64,000 nucleotides of DNA, taken from NCBI GenBank assembly GCA_965248755.1, contig OZ252149.1, forward strand, positions 992,001-1,056,000. The letters are read 5' to 3'. Source of the DNA: Candidatus Latescibacterota bacterium (GTDB lineage Bacteria > Latescibacterota > CBDEFO01). Under the pieces are notes generated by a model. The model was given only the letters and a program-made list of their open reading frames with translations, made no database searches and was not told the DNA's origin. This document shows positions 20,049-34,100 of this stretch, piece after piece (within the stretch, counting starts at the first letter, position 1; every line of letters starts with the position of its first letter). The position numbers and the translations under genes are program-made.

Positions 20049-21698
20049 CTATTTTAGAAGCGTCATCTTCTTTTGGAAGACGCCGCCTTGTGAAGTTCTG
20101 AGGAGCGCAAAATAGACCCCGCTTGAGACCGGATCGCGGTTCTTATCCCTACCGTCCCAGTTGAGACGATAGCTCCCCGCTCGGATTATCTCATTTAAAA
20201 GGCTGGCAATTCTTTGTCCCGAAGAATTGTATATATCAAGTTTGACCTGTGTGCGATCTCCTTCGTGAGGAACGAGGAAGGTAATAAAAGTTGTGGGATT
20301 AAAAGGATTCGGAAAGTTACCTTCCAGCTCCCAGTTCGAAGGCAGAAGGCCAAAATCTGTCTCTTCCTCCTGCACCAGCGAGATGGTACTCGCTTGAGCA
20401 GAGTATCGATAGTTGCCGCCAAAATCAGAGGTCTTTGCTACAACAAGCGTTACCGTATCTGCCTCTATAGCTTCCAAAGTAGAGTTTAAGTCCTCATCCG
20501 AAGCAGGAAAGTCCAGAATCTGAGCTTTTCCGTTCCTCCTCAATATCAAACGTGGAGTAAAGCCCTCCCCCCTGAACGTGATTTTGAGGTTCTCTCCAGT
20601 TACAAACTCTATATATTGAGCCGCCCATCCTTGGACTCGACCGGAGGACGTCTCAACTGGCAGTAAATTTTCCAGGGACGTTTCAGGTTTGTCTATGTCG
20701 AGTCCGCTGTAGCCATACTTGCCGTTGCCATCCAGATAATTGGCGACTGTCCAGTCTGAGAAGATATCCTTGAATTGAGCGGCCAATTCCAGCTTCTGAA
20801 GAGTCCTATCTATCCCCAAAATACCGTTCTCTTTGGTATCCACAAGCTCCCTTACAGTGGGAAGTCCTCCGTAGTGTTCCGCAAAATACGATACAAAGAG
20901 GAAGGTCTTGTCGTAGTCCGCCTCTGTGGCTATCGGAAGGGAGAAAAATGTCAGACTGTTGTTGGGATTAGGTGGGAAGAGGGTCCCGTAGCGTTCGTCA
21001 GCGTAGCCACATATATCCTCAGCATAGCCGGACAGTCCTTCGTTGATCCAGGCGTCCTCATCAATATCGTGCGCCCAATGTATCAGATGCTGGAATTCAT
21101 GCGCCAGCGTAGCCTTGGCCAATCGACTTTCTAGATCCAGTGGATCGCTGTCTAAATAGACTATCTCCCTGCCCCTGGAGGGAACCTGATTGTTGAAATC
21201 GAAGTAACCAGCTACAAAGTTGGTCAAAGTTCCCGGCAGGTGACCGTCCTGAATGTCCAAAAGGACTATGTATATCCGGGGATCAGCGTCCACATCGGGA
21301 GGATCGCCAAAAGCAGAGATATCGATTTGGAATATCCCTTTTCCCGGATCGGCGTCTGTAGACTCGTCGAAGATATGTGCCATAAGCTCCACGTCTTCCT
21401 GGGTCACATTCAAGTTCCACTGAGAATCCTCCACAAAGACGTAGCAATTAGCTCCGACAATTCGTAAGGTTGTCTCTATATCGTAGCGCCCTGAGGTCAG
21501 GAAACTGTAGGCTTTAAACATCTCAGACTTCCCCAGGGATATGGGCTTAGATGAAGGCAAAGACAAAGGCTTTGGAGGTGAATCAGGTGATCTATCCCGG
21601 ATACGGGACGTCCCGCATATCCCTTTTGAAAAGCATTCTTCGGCTCTGGGACTGGCGGGGAAAGTTGCTAAAAGCACAAAAAGAAGGATAAGAAACAT
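20049..21698 (-). CDS. Secreted zinc metalloprotease (M30/M6-like) with FlgD/T9SS-type CTD
   Basis: Signal peptide, TLAHEFQHLIH and WINEGLS; C-terminal NFPNPFNP...SSGVYF...KMTLLK. Confidence 0.85.
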   Translation of the reverse strand: MFLILLFVLLATFPASPRAEECFSKGICGTSRIRDRSPDSPPKPLSLPSSKPISLGKSEMFKAYSFLTSGRYDIETTLRIVGANCYVFVEDSQWNLNVTQEDVELMAHIFDESTDADPGKGIFQIDISAFGDPPDVDADPRIYIVLLDIQDGHLPGTLTNFVAGYFDFNNQVPSRGREIVYLDSDPLDLESRLAKATLAHEFQHLIHWAHDIDEDAWINEGLSGYAEDICGYADERYGTLFPPNPNNSLTFFSLPIATEADYDKTFLFVSYFAEHYGGLPTVRELVDTKENGILGIDRTLQKLELAAQFKDIFSDWTVANYLDGNGKYGYSGLDIDKPETSLENLLPVETSSGRVQGWAAQYIEFVTGENLKITFRGEGFTPRLILRRNGKAQILDFPASDEDLNSTLEAIEADTVTLVVAKTSDFGGNYRYSAQASTISLVQEEETDFGLLPSNWELEGNFPNPFNPTTFITFLVPHEGDRTQVKLDIYNSSGQRIASLLNEIIRAGSYRLNWDGRDKNRDPVSSGVYFALLRTSQGGVFQKKMTLLK

Positions 21699-21781
21699 TT
21701 CAAGTATTAGGTCAAAATAGTCCCGACAGGATTATGAAGTTCTGAAATAATGGACAGCGTACAGGGAGAGGTAGTCTAATT

Positions 21782-21920
21782 AAGATTGTTTCTGGCTTCG
21801 TCCCTTGCAATGACTGGTAGTGGATAGTAGCACGTCATTGCGAGCGAAGCGAAGCAATCTCAAGGGAGGGGAAGCGGTGCCCTGTCTACTGTCTACTGTC
21901 TGCTGACTGCTATCTACTTG
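21782..21920. repeat. Inverted REP pair followed by a GTAGACA-heptamer element
   Basis: AGATTG..GCAATGAC / GTCATTGCGAGCGAAGCGAAGCAATCTC, then CCCTGTCTACTGTCTACTGTC. Confidence 0.8.
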
Positions 21921-21921
21921 T

Positions 21922-22590
21922 TTAGAAGTGCTTCGATAGTCCGATGTGAATGTGGGATACATAGTCCGTCTCTACGCGGAAACTTAAGTCTCGATCCGAG
22001 GGAAGACTTCTATCAAGATCCTTTGCTACTCTTGAAGCGTTGATCGCGCTTATGGTCCTGATCAGAACACCAGCACCTATGGCAAAGAGCGATCTTCGCC
22101 GGGCAACTTCACTGCTGTTTTTGAGCTCTCTATATCTTTTTCTGGATTCTCTAGAGTTCCATTCCCACACAGAAGCCGGATCGTCCTCAGAGTAGACGAA
22201 TCCGCCGGGACCCTCATCTGCGCGGGCTGTGCTGTTGTGCTCGTACACGCTGGAGTAAAATCCGAGGTCGTCGAAGAACTCTTGCGACTTTCCCCCAGGC
22301 GACGCTTTAGCGTGCACAGCAGCAAATGTCTTATAGTCCTCTTCCCGTATGTTCCCGTACTTCCTGAAAGCCGCGAAACTAGCCCAGACTGCTGCCTCAG
22401 TACTCCAGAAGAACTTCGTCGTCCTGTTCATGCCCTGGACGGAGTATTCCCCAAGACCGGGAACGATCAATGACAAAACGAACGCTCCTTTTGAGGACTT
22501 CGTCTGGGCGCAAGCTTGCGGCGTGAACAGCATTCCGCCAATTAAACCCAGAAGAATTGCAATCTGCAAGAGCCTTCTCATCTGTCTCAT
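21922..22590 (-). CDS. Exported/membrane hypothetical protein (DUF5683-like), paralog of the upstream gene
   Basis: AFVLSLIVPGLGEY motif. Start moved to ATG 22590 because the track's extension (LDSRFRGND) is a translated REP. Confidence 0.7.
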   Translation of the reverse strand: MRQMRRLLQIAILLGLIGGMLFTPQACAQTKSSKGAFVLSLIVPGLGEYSVQGMNRTTKFFWSTEAAVWASFAAFRKYGNIREEDYKTFAAVHAKASPGGKSQEFFDDLGFYSSVYEHNSTARADEGPGGFVYSEDDPASVWEWNSRESRKRYRELKNSSEVARRRSLFAIGAGVLIRTISAINASRVAKDLDRSLPSDRDLSFRVETDYVSHIHIGLSKHF

Positions 22591-22635
22591 CCGTCTGTCA
22601 TTTCCGCGAAAGCGGGAATCCAGTGTCGGGAACAA

Positions 22636-23547
22636 TTAGAACCTCCTGGACAAATATACCATCAACACATCGCGGCCGTCCCTGTTCTCCATTCTCGCTT
22701 TGAACTTGGTCTTTCTTTCTAATAACGCGTTTCCCTTCAGGGACTTTGCATGAAGAGCCGCATCTACAGCGCTTACTACATGGTTGAACAGAACCGCGCC
22801 CGTGCTGAAGGACGCCCTTTTGAGATTTCTGTTGCTGTCGTCTCTTCTATCTTCGTATTGTTCTCGTATTACGGACGTTACAGTGTATGTACGATCGAAA
22901 GAGCCATCGCTATTGGGACCTTTACTCCTGTCCTCCCAGCCATAGACGAACTGATCGTACTTGCCTATCAGTTCGTAGTACTGCTGAATATCCTCTTCCT
23001 TGGAAGGCAGAACGTGCGTAGTATCTCCGCGGGTAGATCCTGAGCTGAGCCATTCTAAATATCTTTCTCTACCCCAGTTTTGATCGGCAAAGGCCCGAAA
23101 CTCCTTTTCTATGTCATTTCCCCTGTCTCTAAATATTCCGTACGATATCCAGGAGGCGATCTCAATCCCCAGAAAAGCTATACCCCTTTTTTTCGCCCCA
23201 CTGTATAGTTCCCCCAGCCCCGGCACAAGCAGAGAAAATAAAAACGCCTTTTTAGGAGACTTGGCACTGTAATTCATCTTTACAGGATCGGATTTACTTG
23301 CAAATTTCACCTGATGTCTTGCACCGTCAAACATATCAGGATCGATTTTCTCGGACAACTCAAATCGGTTCAGGCTACTTTTATCCACAGCCAGAAGCAG
23401 TTGTGCAGACTCAGCGAACTTCTGCGCACCAGAAATCGTATCGGACGCTCCACTGGAGACAAGTATTGACGCTACAACCTCGGAAGCTCCCGATAAAACA
23501 GCCACAGTGAGGATCGTCAGGATAGCTTTCATGTTCATTTTTTCCAT
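22636..23547 (-). CDS. Exported/membrane hypothetical protein (DUF5683-like)
   Basis: KSPKKAFLFSLLVPGLGELY, QQYYELIGKYDQFVYGW and NHVVSAVDA motifs. Confidence 0.75.
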   Translation of the reverse strand: MEKMNMKAILTILTVAVLSGASEVVASILVSSGASDTISGAQKFAESAQLLLAVDKSSLNRFELSEKIDPDMFDGARHQVKFASKSDPVKMNYSAKSPKKAFLFSLLVPGLGELYSGAKKRGIAFLGIEIASWISYGIFRDRGNDIEKEFRAFADQNWGRERYLEWLSSGSTRGDTTHVLPSKEEDIQQYYELIGKYDQFVYGWEDRSKGPNSDGSFDRTYTVTSVIREQYEDRRDDSNRNLKRASFSTGAVLFNHVVSAVDAALHAKSLKGNALLERKTKFKARMENRDGRDVLMVYLSRRF

Positions 23548-23580
23548 TTAGCAACATAAAAGGAGCGATTTTGCAGGATA

Positions 23581-23679
23581 AGATTGCCTCGCTCCCCCCG
23601 ATTAAATCAGGGGGTCGCAATGACGTTGCTTGGCTTCAACCTTCAGTTATTGCGAGGGGTAAAACCCCGAAGCAATCTC
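23581..23679. repeat. Inverted REP pair with a CCCCCCGATTAAATCAGGGGG hairpin inside the left unit
   Basis: Read directly. Confidence 0.8.
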
Positions 23680-23713
23680 AATCTGTCGTTGAAACAATTT
23701 TGCAATACTCATT

Positions 23714-26770
<3,057 letters not shown>

Positions 26771-26917
26771 TTGCCTTTCGCTGTCTACTATTTGCTGTTT
26801 GGTGATAAGGATCATATTTCGCTCTTTCCAAATATAGATACCACATTAAGAAATGGCACTAAAATCCAGCAATAAATAATGTAGGGGCGAGGTGATCTCG
26901 CACCTACTATACGCTGT

Positions 26918-29900
26918 TTACTTACTCACGGCCGCCTTTATGAAGACCTCTTCCTGTTTCCCGTTACCCGTAGCCTCAAGCCGAAAGATGTAAAGACCGC
27001 TTGCGTAATTGCTCATATCCATCAGGATTTCATTATCCGACACCGGTTCTAAATCGTCCTTTGACATCTCTCCCACAAGCTCTCCCGCTCCGTTGAACAT
27101 TTTGACGTTTATCCTGGCTTCTCCTCCCAGGAAGAACCTTAAATGAGCCGAATCACCATCTATGGGATTGGGATAACAGTAAGCTCTGTCCGAAGGCAGA
27201 AGACTTACAGATTGCGGGGGGGGGGATGTAACACCCGGATAGACTCCTGGATTAGCCGGACCTGCGTTTGACTGACCCCACGTTATATCGGTTCCCGTGT
27301 AGGATGAAGCTATCTTGGATATGTCCCAGACATGAGCAGTACCCGAGGCGGTCAGAGCGCACAGTTCGAGGCGGTCATCGCCATCCAAATCATCTATTAC
27401 AAGCGATGAGACGATATCTCCTATCGAGGTTAGAGGAAATCCGGAGGCTATTTGACCGTCAGAACGGAGGGCGTAGACCAGATCTTGCGATGTCCCGAAA
27501 ATTATCTCCTGATCCCCGTCGCCATCTATGTCAGCCGCGATAGGCGAAGATGCGATCCCTCCGACCTTATCCTTCAGAGGCAAAATGAGGGGAAAATTGG
27601 CCTCTGGGATGCCGTTAAACCTCCAGGCGTGCACCTTTCCCTCTCCCGTAAATACAACCTCCAAAGAACCGTCTCCATCCAGATCGGTCAAAATAGGGGA
27701 CGACCGAATATCATCTCCGATATCTGCCTGGAACAGCGGACGTTCCTCCCCGATAGACTCAATCAGGGATTTAGAATAGACAGTCAAAATCCCATTTTCT
27801 GACAGGAGGATAATTTCAACCTTCCCGTCTCCATCCATATCTCCAAGCACGGGAGAACCTGAGGGACGACCTTCGATATTGCCGACCGGAGCTTGCTCTC
27901 CGCTTCCGTCCTCTCCTACGATAAATAGTTCTCCCTCTTCGTTGACAGCAATTATGTCCTTGCCCTTTATTGCTATCCCGACTATCTTTGACCCTCCTGT
28001 TTCGACTTTGCGAAGGAGGCTCCCATCCTGGCCATCTAAAATGGCAATTGAACCGTCGTCTGAGCCTACTATAACTTCTCCTGTCGCATCCGTATCCACG
28101 TTAGAGATAATTGGAGCCGTCGAGGCACCTATCCCCTCTATTCTCCACAGTAGAGAAGTGGACTCAGAGTTCCAAGAAGATACGTCTCCGTTTTCGTGAA
28201 CCAGCACGACTTCTGGCGTCAAATCCCCATCCACATCGCCTACCGCAGGGTCGAGTAGGACACCAGAATCCGTCTGAAAGGCAGAAAGAGTCGTCCCATC
28301 CAACCTCCAGATATGCACATTGCCATCGCGCGCGACGGCTATTATCTCTTTTTCCCCATCTCCATTTACATTAACGGTCTTCGGAGACGCCACGAATCCC
28401 GACGGCAAAGAGAGCGGCCATCCTTCCTTATTTGCGTTAAACGTAATTTCCACCGTCATTTCATCTTGTAGAGAGTCCTTCACAACTATCGTAATACCCG
28501 TCACTGTCCCGGACTTGCTATCTGAACTCGGGACAGTAGAGGGCGAAAAGGCCGTCGCTCCGCCCACAAAAAAAGGATCTTTCTTTGACCCGGCGATCCC
28601 GGCGATCCTATCGAAATTAAGATTGCCGATGTCCTCATAGCCGTCTGCCTCTTCAAGGTCTATGCCTCTGTCAAAGGAATCATCATTTATACTTCCTGTA
28701 GCTCTTTTTCCCCTTATAACGGCCTTGTCTATATGCCATATCAATATCCCTGATCCGGGGATATAGGAATCGTAGCTGTCGACGGAGAGCCACACTCCCG
28801 CGCTGTCCCCTGTCGAATACTCCACATCGGGAAGTTCACCCTCCCGTCGTCTCATCTGTCTGTTTTCCAGGAGAAAGTATTCGTCGGAGTCTATGGGAAC
28901 CAAAACCGCTTTGGGGTGGTGGGACGAAATGTCTGTTGCTGCAATGGTCAGAGTCGTATCTCTGGTCACCTTTAGGGGGTCTATCCATCCGAGTTCTATC
29001 TTCGACCACGCCATGGGATAGCTCGGAACGTATCCCAGAAGCCCAGCTCCCACGTTTATAAATCCAGTATCCATCAAACTCCAGCCACCTACGGCGGGGA
29101 GATTATCTTCAAAGTTCGATAGCCCCGGAAGTCCCAGTTGATTCCCAAAGATCCGCGCCGCCGTCCCGTTCAAGCCGCCTACGCCATTTTGACTTATAGA
29201 CTCCGGAAGTATCCAACCGTTATCTATGGCGAAAGATCCTTCCTCCACAAAGACAGGACCGCCCACAAAAGTATCAAAGTCACGAGGAGATAGATAGGCA
29301 GATGGGATATCGTTCAAAGCTCCTGTGCTGCCGTCCATCCCTGCGTGGATGACCAGAAAACTGTTGTACTGCTCAAAATCTAAGTTGTCCCCTTCCACAG
29401 AATCGGCCAAGGATAAGGCGTTCTTAAACAGATCAACCAACCTTTGATCGATCTCGTCCTGATTCCTCCCGTTTCCGTAGCTTATCATTGTTCGTCGGAG
29501 CTTGTAGCTGGAGTCCTGTTTTGTCGGGAAGACATCGAATCGGATCTCTACCTTGCCCTCTGAGACTTTATCGTAGTAGTTGGCAAGGGCCTGAAGATGC
29601 CATTCGAAGTACTGGCGATTGTGCGGGGGGGTGTCGTAGGGAAATTCATACGAGGGGAGGGCTTCCTGGAAGCTCCTCAGATCAAATATACCGTCCCCTG
29701 TGGTTGTAGGATCGTCCGGCTCCTCTTTAGGGAACTCCACCCTTAGTGCCAAAATGTTCCACACGGAGTCGACCCCCCCGATTAAATCGGGGGTCGACCT
29801 CTCTTGGTCCGAGGACGAAGATGCGGCAAACGATAACACCAAGCAAAGAGCAGATAGGCTAAGGCAAAGACAGCTACGCAGTTCCTTCGCCTTTCCCTTC

Positions 29901-29965
29901 TTCTTTCTATAGTGTGGACGTTCCTTTGCCTTAGGAGCGTTGCAAGAAGGCTTTGCCATCCTCAC
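26918..29965 (-). CDS. Secreted M6 (immune inhibitor A)-like protein with degenerate zinc motif, FG-GAP repeats and T9SS type A-like CTD
   Basis: LALRVEF, VIHAG, WSLMD.G, EYFLLENRQ and GILIWHID; many D.DGDG repeats; YCYPNP...ASGLYIFR C-terminus. Confidence 0.85.
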   Translation of the reverse strand: MRMAKPSCNAPKAKERPHYRKKKGKAKELRSCLCLSLSALCLVLSFAASSSSDQERSTPDLIGGVDSVWNILALRVEFPKEEPDDPTTTGDGIFDLRSFQEALPSYEFPYDTPPHNRQYFEWHLQALANYYDKVSEGKVEIRFDVFPTKQDSSYKLRRTMISYGNGRNQDEIDQRLVDLFKNALSLADSVEGDNLDFEQYNSFLVIHAGMDGSTGALNDIPSAYLSPRDFDTFVGGPVFVEEGSFAIDNGWILPESISQNGVGGLNGTAARIFGNQLGLPGLSNFEDNLPAVGGWSLMDTGFINVGAGLLGYVPSYPMAWSKIELGWIDPLKVTRDTTLTIAATDISSHHPKAVLVPIDSDEYFLLENRQMRRREGELPDVEYSTGDSAGVWLSVDSYDSYIPGSGILIWHIDKAVIRGKRATGSINDDSFDRGIDLEEADGYEDIGNLNFDRIAGIAGSKKDPFFVGGATAFSPSTVPSSDSKSGTVTGITIVVKDSLQDEMTVEITFNANKEGWPLSLPSGFVASPKTVNVNGDGEKEIIAVARDGNVHIWRLDGTTLSAFQTDSGVLLDPAVGDVDGDLTPEVVLVHENGDVSSWNSESTSLLWRIEGIGASTAPIISNVDTDATGEVIVGSDDGSIAILDGQDGSLLRKVETGGSKIVGIAIKGKDIIAVNEEGELFIVGEDGSGEQAPVGNIEGRPSGSPVLGDMDGDGKVEIILLSENGILTVYSKSLIESIGEERPLFQADIGDDIRSSPILTDLDGDGSLEVVFTGEGKVHAWRFNGIPEANFPLILPLKDKVGGIASSPIAADIDGDGDQEIIFGTSQDLVYALRSDGQIASGFPLTSIGDIVSSLVIDDLDGDDRLELCALTASGTAHVWDISKIASSYTGTDITWGQSNAGPANPGVYPGVTSPPPQSVSLLPSDRAYCYPNPIDGDSAHLRFFLGGEARINVKMFNGAGELVGEMSKDDLEPVSDNEILMDMSNYASGLYIFRLEATGNGKQEEVFIKAAVSK

Positions 29966-29981
29966 AGGTGGACGATCCGCC

Positions 29982-31037
29982 TTAGAAGTTCAAGTTTACC
30001 GAAAACTTCGTGCTGTCCTGGAGGGGAGAATCCTTCGAACCGCCAGAGATGTAGGCAAAATCGAATCTCACCCAGTCGTACTTGAGACCTACGCCGAAAG
30101 TCGGGGTTTTGATCTCGCCGTCCTTGTCGTAGGTGTAACCGGCTCTCAGAGCGAAAAAGGAGTTTTGATTGGGATCCAGAAAGTACTGATACTCTCCTCC
30201 CAAGTGGATGTCAATTTCGTCTCTTTCATTCTTGAAGGATTCATCTCCCCACGCCTTGACCAAAGCTACCAGGAAGTTACTGTCCCTGGTTATTAAGGGC
30301 TTATAGAAGTCGGTCGTCAGCATTATGTCGTTAAACTCGGTGTTGAGGATCTTGTACGACGCTCCGACTACGATGTGCTGAGGTAGTGGATCTGCCTGAG
30401 AAGCATCTACGAAGCTGATTTTGGGCCCCAGGTTGCGAAGGGCGACTCCGAAGTTGATGCCGTCTTCTGAGCGCCGCAGGTAGCCAAGATCGGTGGCGAA
30501 CGTTGTGCCGACGCCATCTCCTCTCTCCTTACCGGTGCCTACACCTGCAAGATTGCTGCGGATTATCTTGAGCGTAAGACCCGCTGCACTCTCTTTAGTT
30601 ACAAACGCTCCGTACGAAAGTGAAAGGGCAAAATCGTAGCTGGAGAACGTTCCTAAATCGTTGTTGAACTCGTCTCTCCTTTCCTGAGTTCCCAAAGTGA
30701 GGAACGAAAGGTTGACCCCGAAGTTTCCCCATCCTTCAATAGGCTGAGAGTATCCGACAAACTCGAAGAACAGGTCATCCGCCAGCCCTGGAAGCCACTT
30801 GGTATGGGTAAAGGTCATATCCCTCTTTTTCTGTCCCGCTAAGCCAGCAGGATTAAAGTAGCTGGCTGTGGCGTCGTCCGCTATAGAAACGTAAGCGTCG
30901 CCTAAGGCTGAGGCCCGTGCCCCCGGCTCTATCAACAGAAAGAGGACAGCAGCCTGGCTTTCTGGCGTAGCCTCTGAAGGTGGTGCAAGAGAGAGGAACA
31001 TTATCGCTGAGATGACGATACGAATGACTAGTTGCAT
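29982..31037 (-). CDS. porV: PorV/PorQ family outer-membrane protein
   Basis: FLLIEPGARASALG, DDATASYFNPAGL and RNLGPKISF motifs. ATG 31037 follows AAGGAGG; the track's longer N-terminus is a translated REP. Confidence 0.85.
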   Translation of the reverse strand: MQLVIRIVISAIMFLSLAPPSEATPESQAAVLFLLIEPGARASALGDAYVSIADDATASYFNPAGLAGQKKRDMTFTHTKWLPGLADDLFFEFVGYSQPIEGWGNFGVNLSFLTLGTQERRDEFNNDLGTFSSYDFALSLSYGAFVTKESAAGLTLKIIRSNLAGVGTGKERGDGVGTTFATDLGYLRRSEDGINFGVALRNLGPKISFVDASQADPLPQHIVVGASYKILNTEFNDIMLTTDFYKPLITRDSNFLVALVKAWGDESFKNERDEIDIHLGGEYQYFLDPNQNSFFALRAGYTYDKDGEIKTPTFGVGLKYDWVRFDFAYISGGSKDSPLQDSTKFSVNLNF

Positions 31038-31077
31038 TTTTACCTCCTTTTGACAAAGGGAATAAAATAATTCCTTT

Positions 31078-31161
31078 GAGATTGCTTCGGGGTTCCACCC
31101 CTCGCAATGACTAAGGCAAAAGCCAAGCAAACTGTCATTGCGGGCGAAGCGAGGCAAACTC
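31078..31161. repeat. Inverted REP pair
   Basis: GAGATTGCTTCGGGGTTCCACCCCTCGCAATGAC / GTCATTGCGGGCGAAGCGAGGCAAACTC. Confidence 0.8.
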
Positions 31162-31178
31162 AATTCTGTCCTGGTTGA

Positions 31179-34100
31179 CTATCTCATAACTACAATCTTA
31201 TCCGTCTTTTCATCTTTGTCTCCTCCAGATCCGAGGACCTCAATTTTGTAGAGATATACGCCGTTTGCTAACTTGACATCGGGTATCCAACCAGTCTGGT
31301 TGTATCCCGTTCCAGTCTCCCCCTCAAGATCGTCTATAAGTCTGCCTGAAGGTGAGAACACTTTGATCTTTACCCTCCTAGCTGGATGACTGAGTTCGTA
31401 CGTGAAGGTCGTTTGGGACGTCATCGGATTCGGATAGCACAAAAGGTTTGAAACCGAAAACTCCCTTTCGGAAGCTACCACGACCCGTACAACCTTCTTG
31501 GATGAATTGTTGAACGTATCCCAGGCTTTAACTACTATAGTATGTTCTCCTTCTGAAAGCTGCGGGAGTTGATACTTCAGAACCCCCATCTGGTAGCCGT
31601 CTTGGTTTACAAAGTTATCCGTAACCTTAAAGACCTTTTCGTCATCTATTTTGATCTGTATCTCGTGCCCTATTTCCCCTGTTACGTTTATTCCGTTTTC
31701 GTCCTGGATAGTCGCTTCTAGAATAGGAGTGCGCGATACAAAATCCCCGTCTTGAAAGCCTTTTTGTCCCTGGAATCCTATCTCAATAGTAGGTCCTGTC
31801 TCATCTTGCACGGAAGTTTCTGCAGTTCCAGTTATAGATATAGACTCAACTTCACCTGTGCCTGAGATCCTGTCGTTCCATACAAACGCGCTTATTCTGG
31901 CAAAACGCCCCCCGTATGTTATGTCCTTGGGGACCTTAAAAGCGCCCTCAAAGTGACCGTTATCCACGGGGAGGGTGCCTTTAAATATAGTAGCTCCGGG
32001 GAGAAGATAGCTGACGTCTCTGGGAGACAGAATAGTCCTGATTACTTGAATCCCCGAGTCGAAGACCTTTATAATGGCCTGTCCCTGGAAGTCTGTAGGA
32101 TCTCCATCAGGTGATAGCACGGAACCTTCAAACGTAACCTCTTCTAACGCCTTGATGTTCTTTGAGATGGCGATGTCAACAGAAAGTCGAGGGAGGGAAA
32201 GCCTTGTGCCTGGGTCCCCGAAGATGGTGTATCTGCGGGTGTTAAAGATAGCGGAAACGTTGACCAGTAGCTTTGCTTCCCAAAATGCCAGGCCTATGGG
32301 GACACTTTCTCTTTCTGAAAGGAAGAGCCTGTCGTAGAATCTCCTGTTCAGATCCATGTTTGAATTGTGAAAGCCTATTCTTGTGGCTCCGATGACGGCT
32401 ATGCACCCTCCCTCTGGCCATTTGACCATCGTCTCGGGCATAGATTCAAAATCAGGGTCGTCGAACCAGCCTGTCTGGCTTGCCGCCAGATACATCAGCG
32501 GAAGCTTCCTGCCGTTGTTTATCTTGGACATGTCGCTTGAGGCTACAAAGACATGCTCGTGGGCAAGGACATCAGAGTTTCCGTGCCCGACATAGCTTAA
32601 AAGCAACGCCCCTTTATTAAAAGCGTCTATGAATGCCCTGTTGGCATCGGGTTTGAATCTTCCTATTTTGTCAAATTCCATAAGGAATATCTTAACCTGA
32701 TCCAACTCCTGCGGCACAAAATTTAGCGATATATCTTCGGCATCCTGGGCAAAAATGGGCTCTATTCTACCCGGCCTGGACTGCCTTTCGTCATCCGCCA
32801 CGATAATGATCTTGCTTTGCCAGTCTCCTATCTCGGGATCTCTGTCGTAGCCGATGATCTTATCCGAGACAATCTTCGCCTCTTCTTTAGTCTGAACGGA
32901 GATCCTTCCTATAGCCATATCAGGACGCCTGTCTCTGTCGCCACTTACAAGGACGTACCACTCGTCCAGACTGCTTATGCTCTTCTCATAGGGAGGTATC
33001 CAATTACCCGGGCTGATGCCGCTGTTGTTCTTGTAATCGAACGACCCGTCGCCGAAGAGATTGACAAATGTCGGTCTTATCCTCCAGTTGCCGAAAGTAT
33101 GCTTCATAAAATCCCTTATGGCTGTAGGATCGAAGACCCCCCAGGAAAACTCATCGTAGATGTGTTCAACATCTATAAGCTCGACAGATAGGGGCGGTCC
33201 AAAGCGGTCATCGGTCTCCCTCCATTCGGCAAGCCTTCTGGCCTCGTCAATAAAGTCCCTGTGCGTAATGAGCAGATAGTCGGCGCCATTATCGGGGCTT
33301 CTGAGGTTGGAGTTTTCCTTCAAAGATATTCTAGCGGGAGACTTCCACTGAGAATCTAACGCAATACAATACTGCATGGGAGGATCTCTTCTACCTTGGC
33401 CCTGAAATGTGACGGACTCCTTGCCACTGTCGTAGGAAAAGTTGACAACCCTTAAGACATTGAAAGGATCTGAGACCTCAAGAATTTCAAAGATCGGACT
33501 TAAAACACCGGAAATTTCAAATTGGGCGCTCCCGGAATCGACAGGGGAGGTGAAGAAGAGTTCCCCCTCGTCTATGACGAACTTTCTAGAATACTCTAAT
33601 TCGTACCAGTCCAGTCGGACGGATGTCTTTCCTATCTGTCTTATCTCTAAATCATTAAGTCCGTCCCTGGGAGGCTCGGGAGACTCAAGCTCTACGATCT
33701 CTGGAGTTCTGTTGTAGAACTGAGCGTTCCCAAGGGAAGAGCCGTTGAAAGAGAACGAAAACTCGTGCTTTACGTTGTCTTGATTGCCTAGAAATCTGAC
33801 TTTAACGTTTGTAGGTCCTTCGGCAGGAGAGGTGATCAACCGCCTTTTGACTCTCCTGTTTCCTGAGTAATCTTCCCAGTACCACCGTTTTCCCGAGTCC
33901 TTCTCAAACGAAAAGAGTTCCTGCTCAACGTGGAGTCTGTCCCTATAACTTAAGGGACGCACAGGGTCAGGTTCCTTGAGACTGCCGTCCTGAGGGATCA
34001 TCCTCTTGCCCTGTCCACTCCCGAAGGTAAGCCAATATACGTTCTGTCTGGTAAATTCATTAAGGAAGTACGCAAATTCCTTCTTCCTCGAGAAATAACG

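Noticed and set aside
31038..31163. ORF-track N-terminal extensions of PorV (also 22591..22635, 26720..26815, 36396..36449) and small ORFs 21780..21962, 23411..23620 and 23584..23766
   Set aside because: These are translations of REP-like DNA (RFARND, LDSRFRGND, PPDLIGG); better SD-ATG starts lie downstream.
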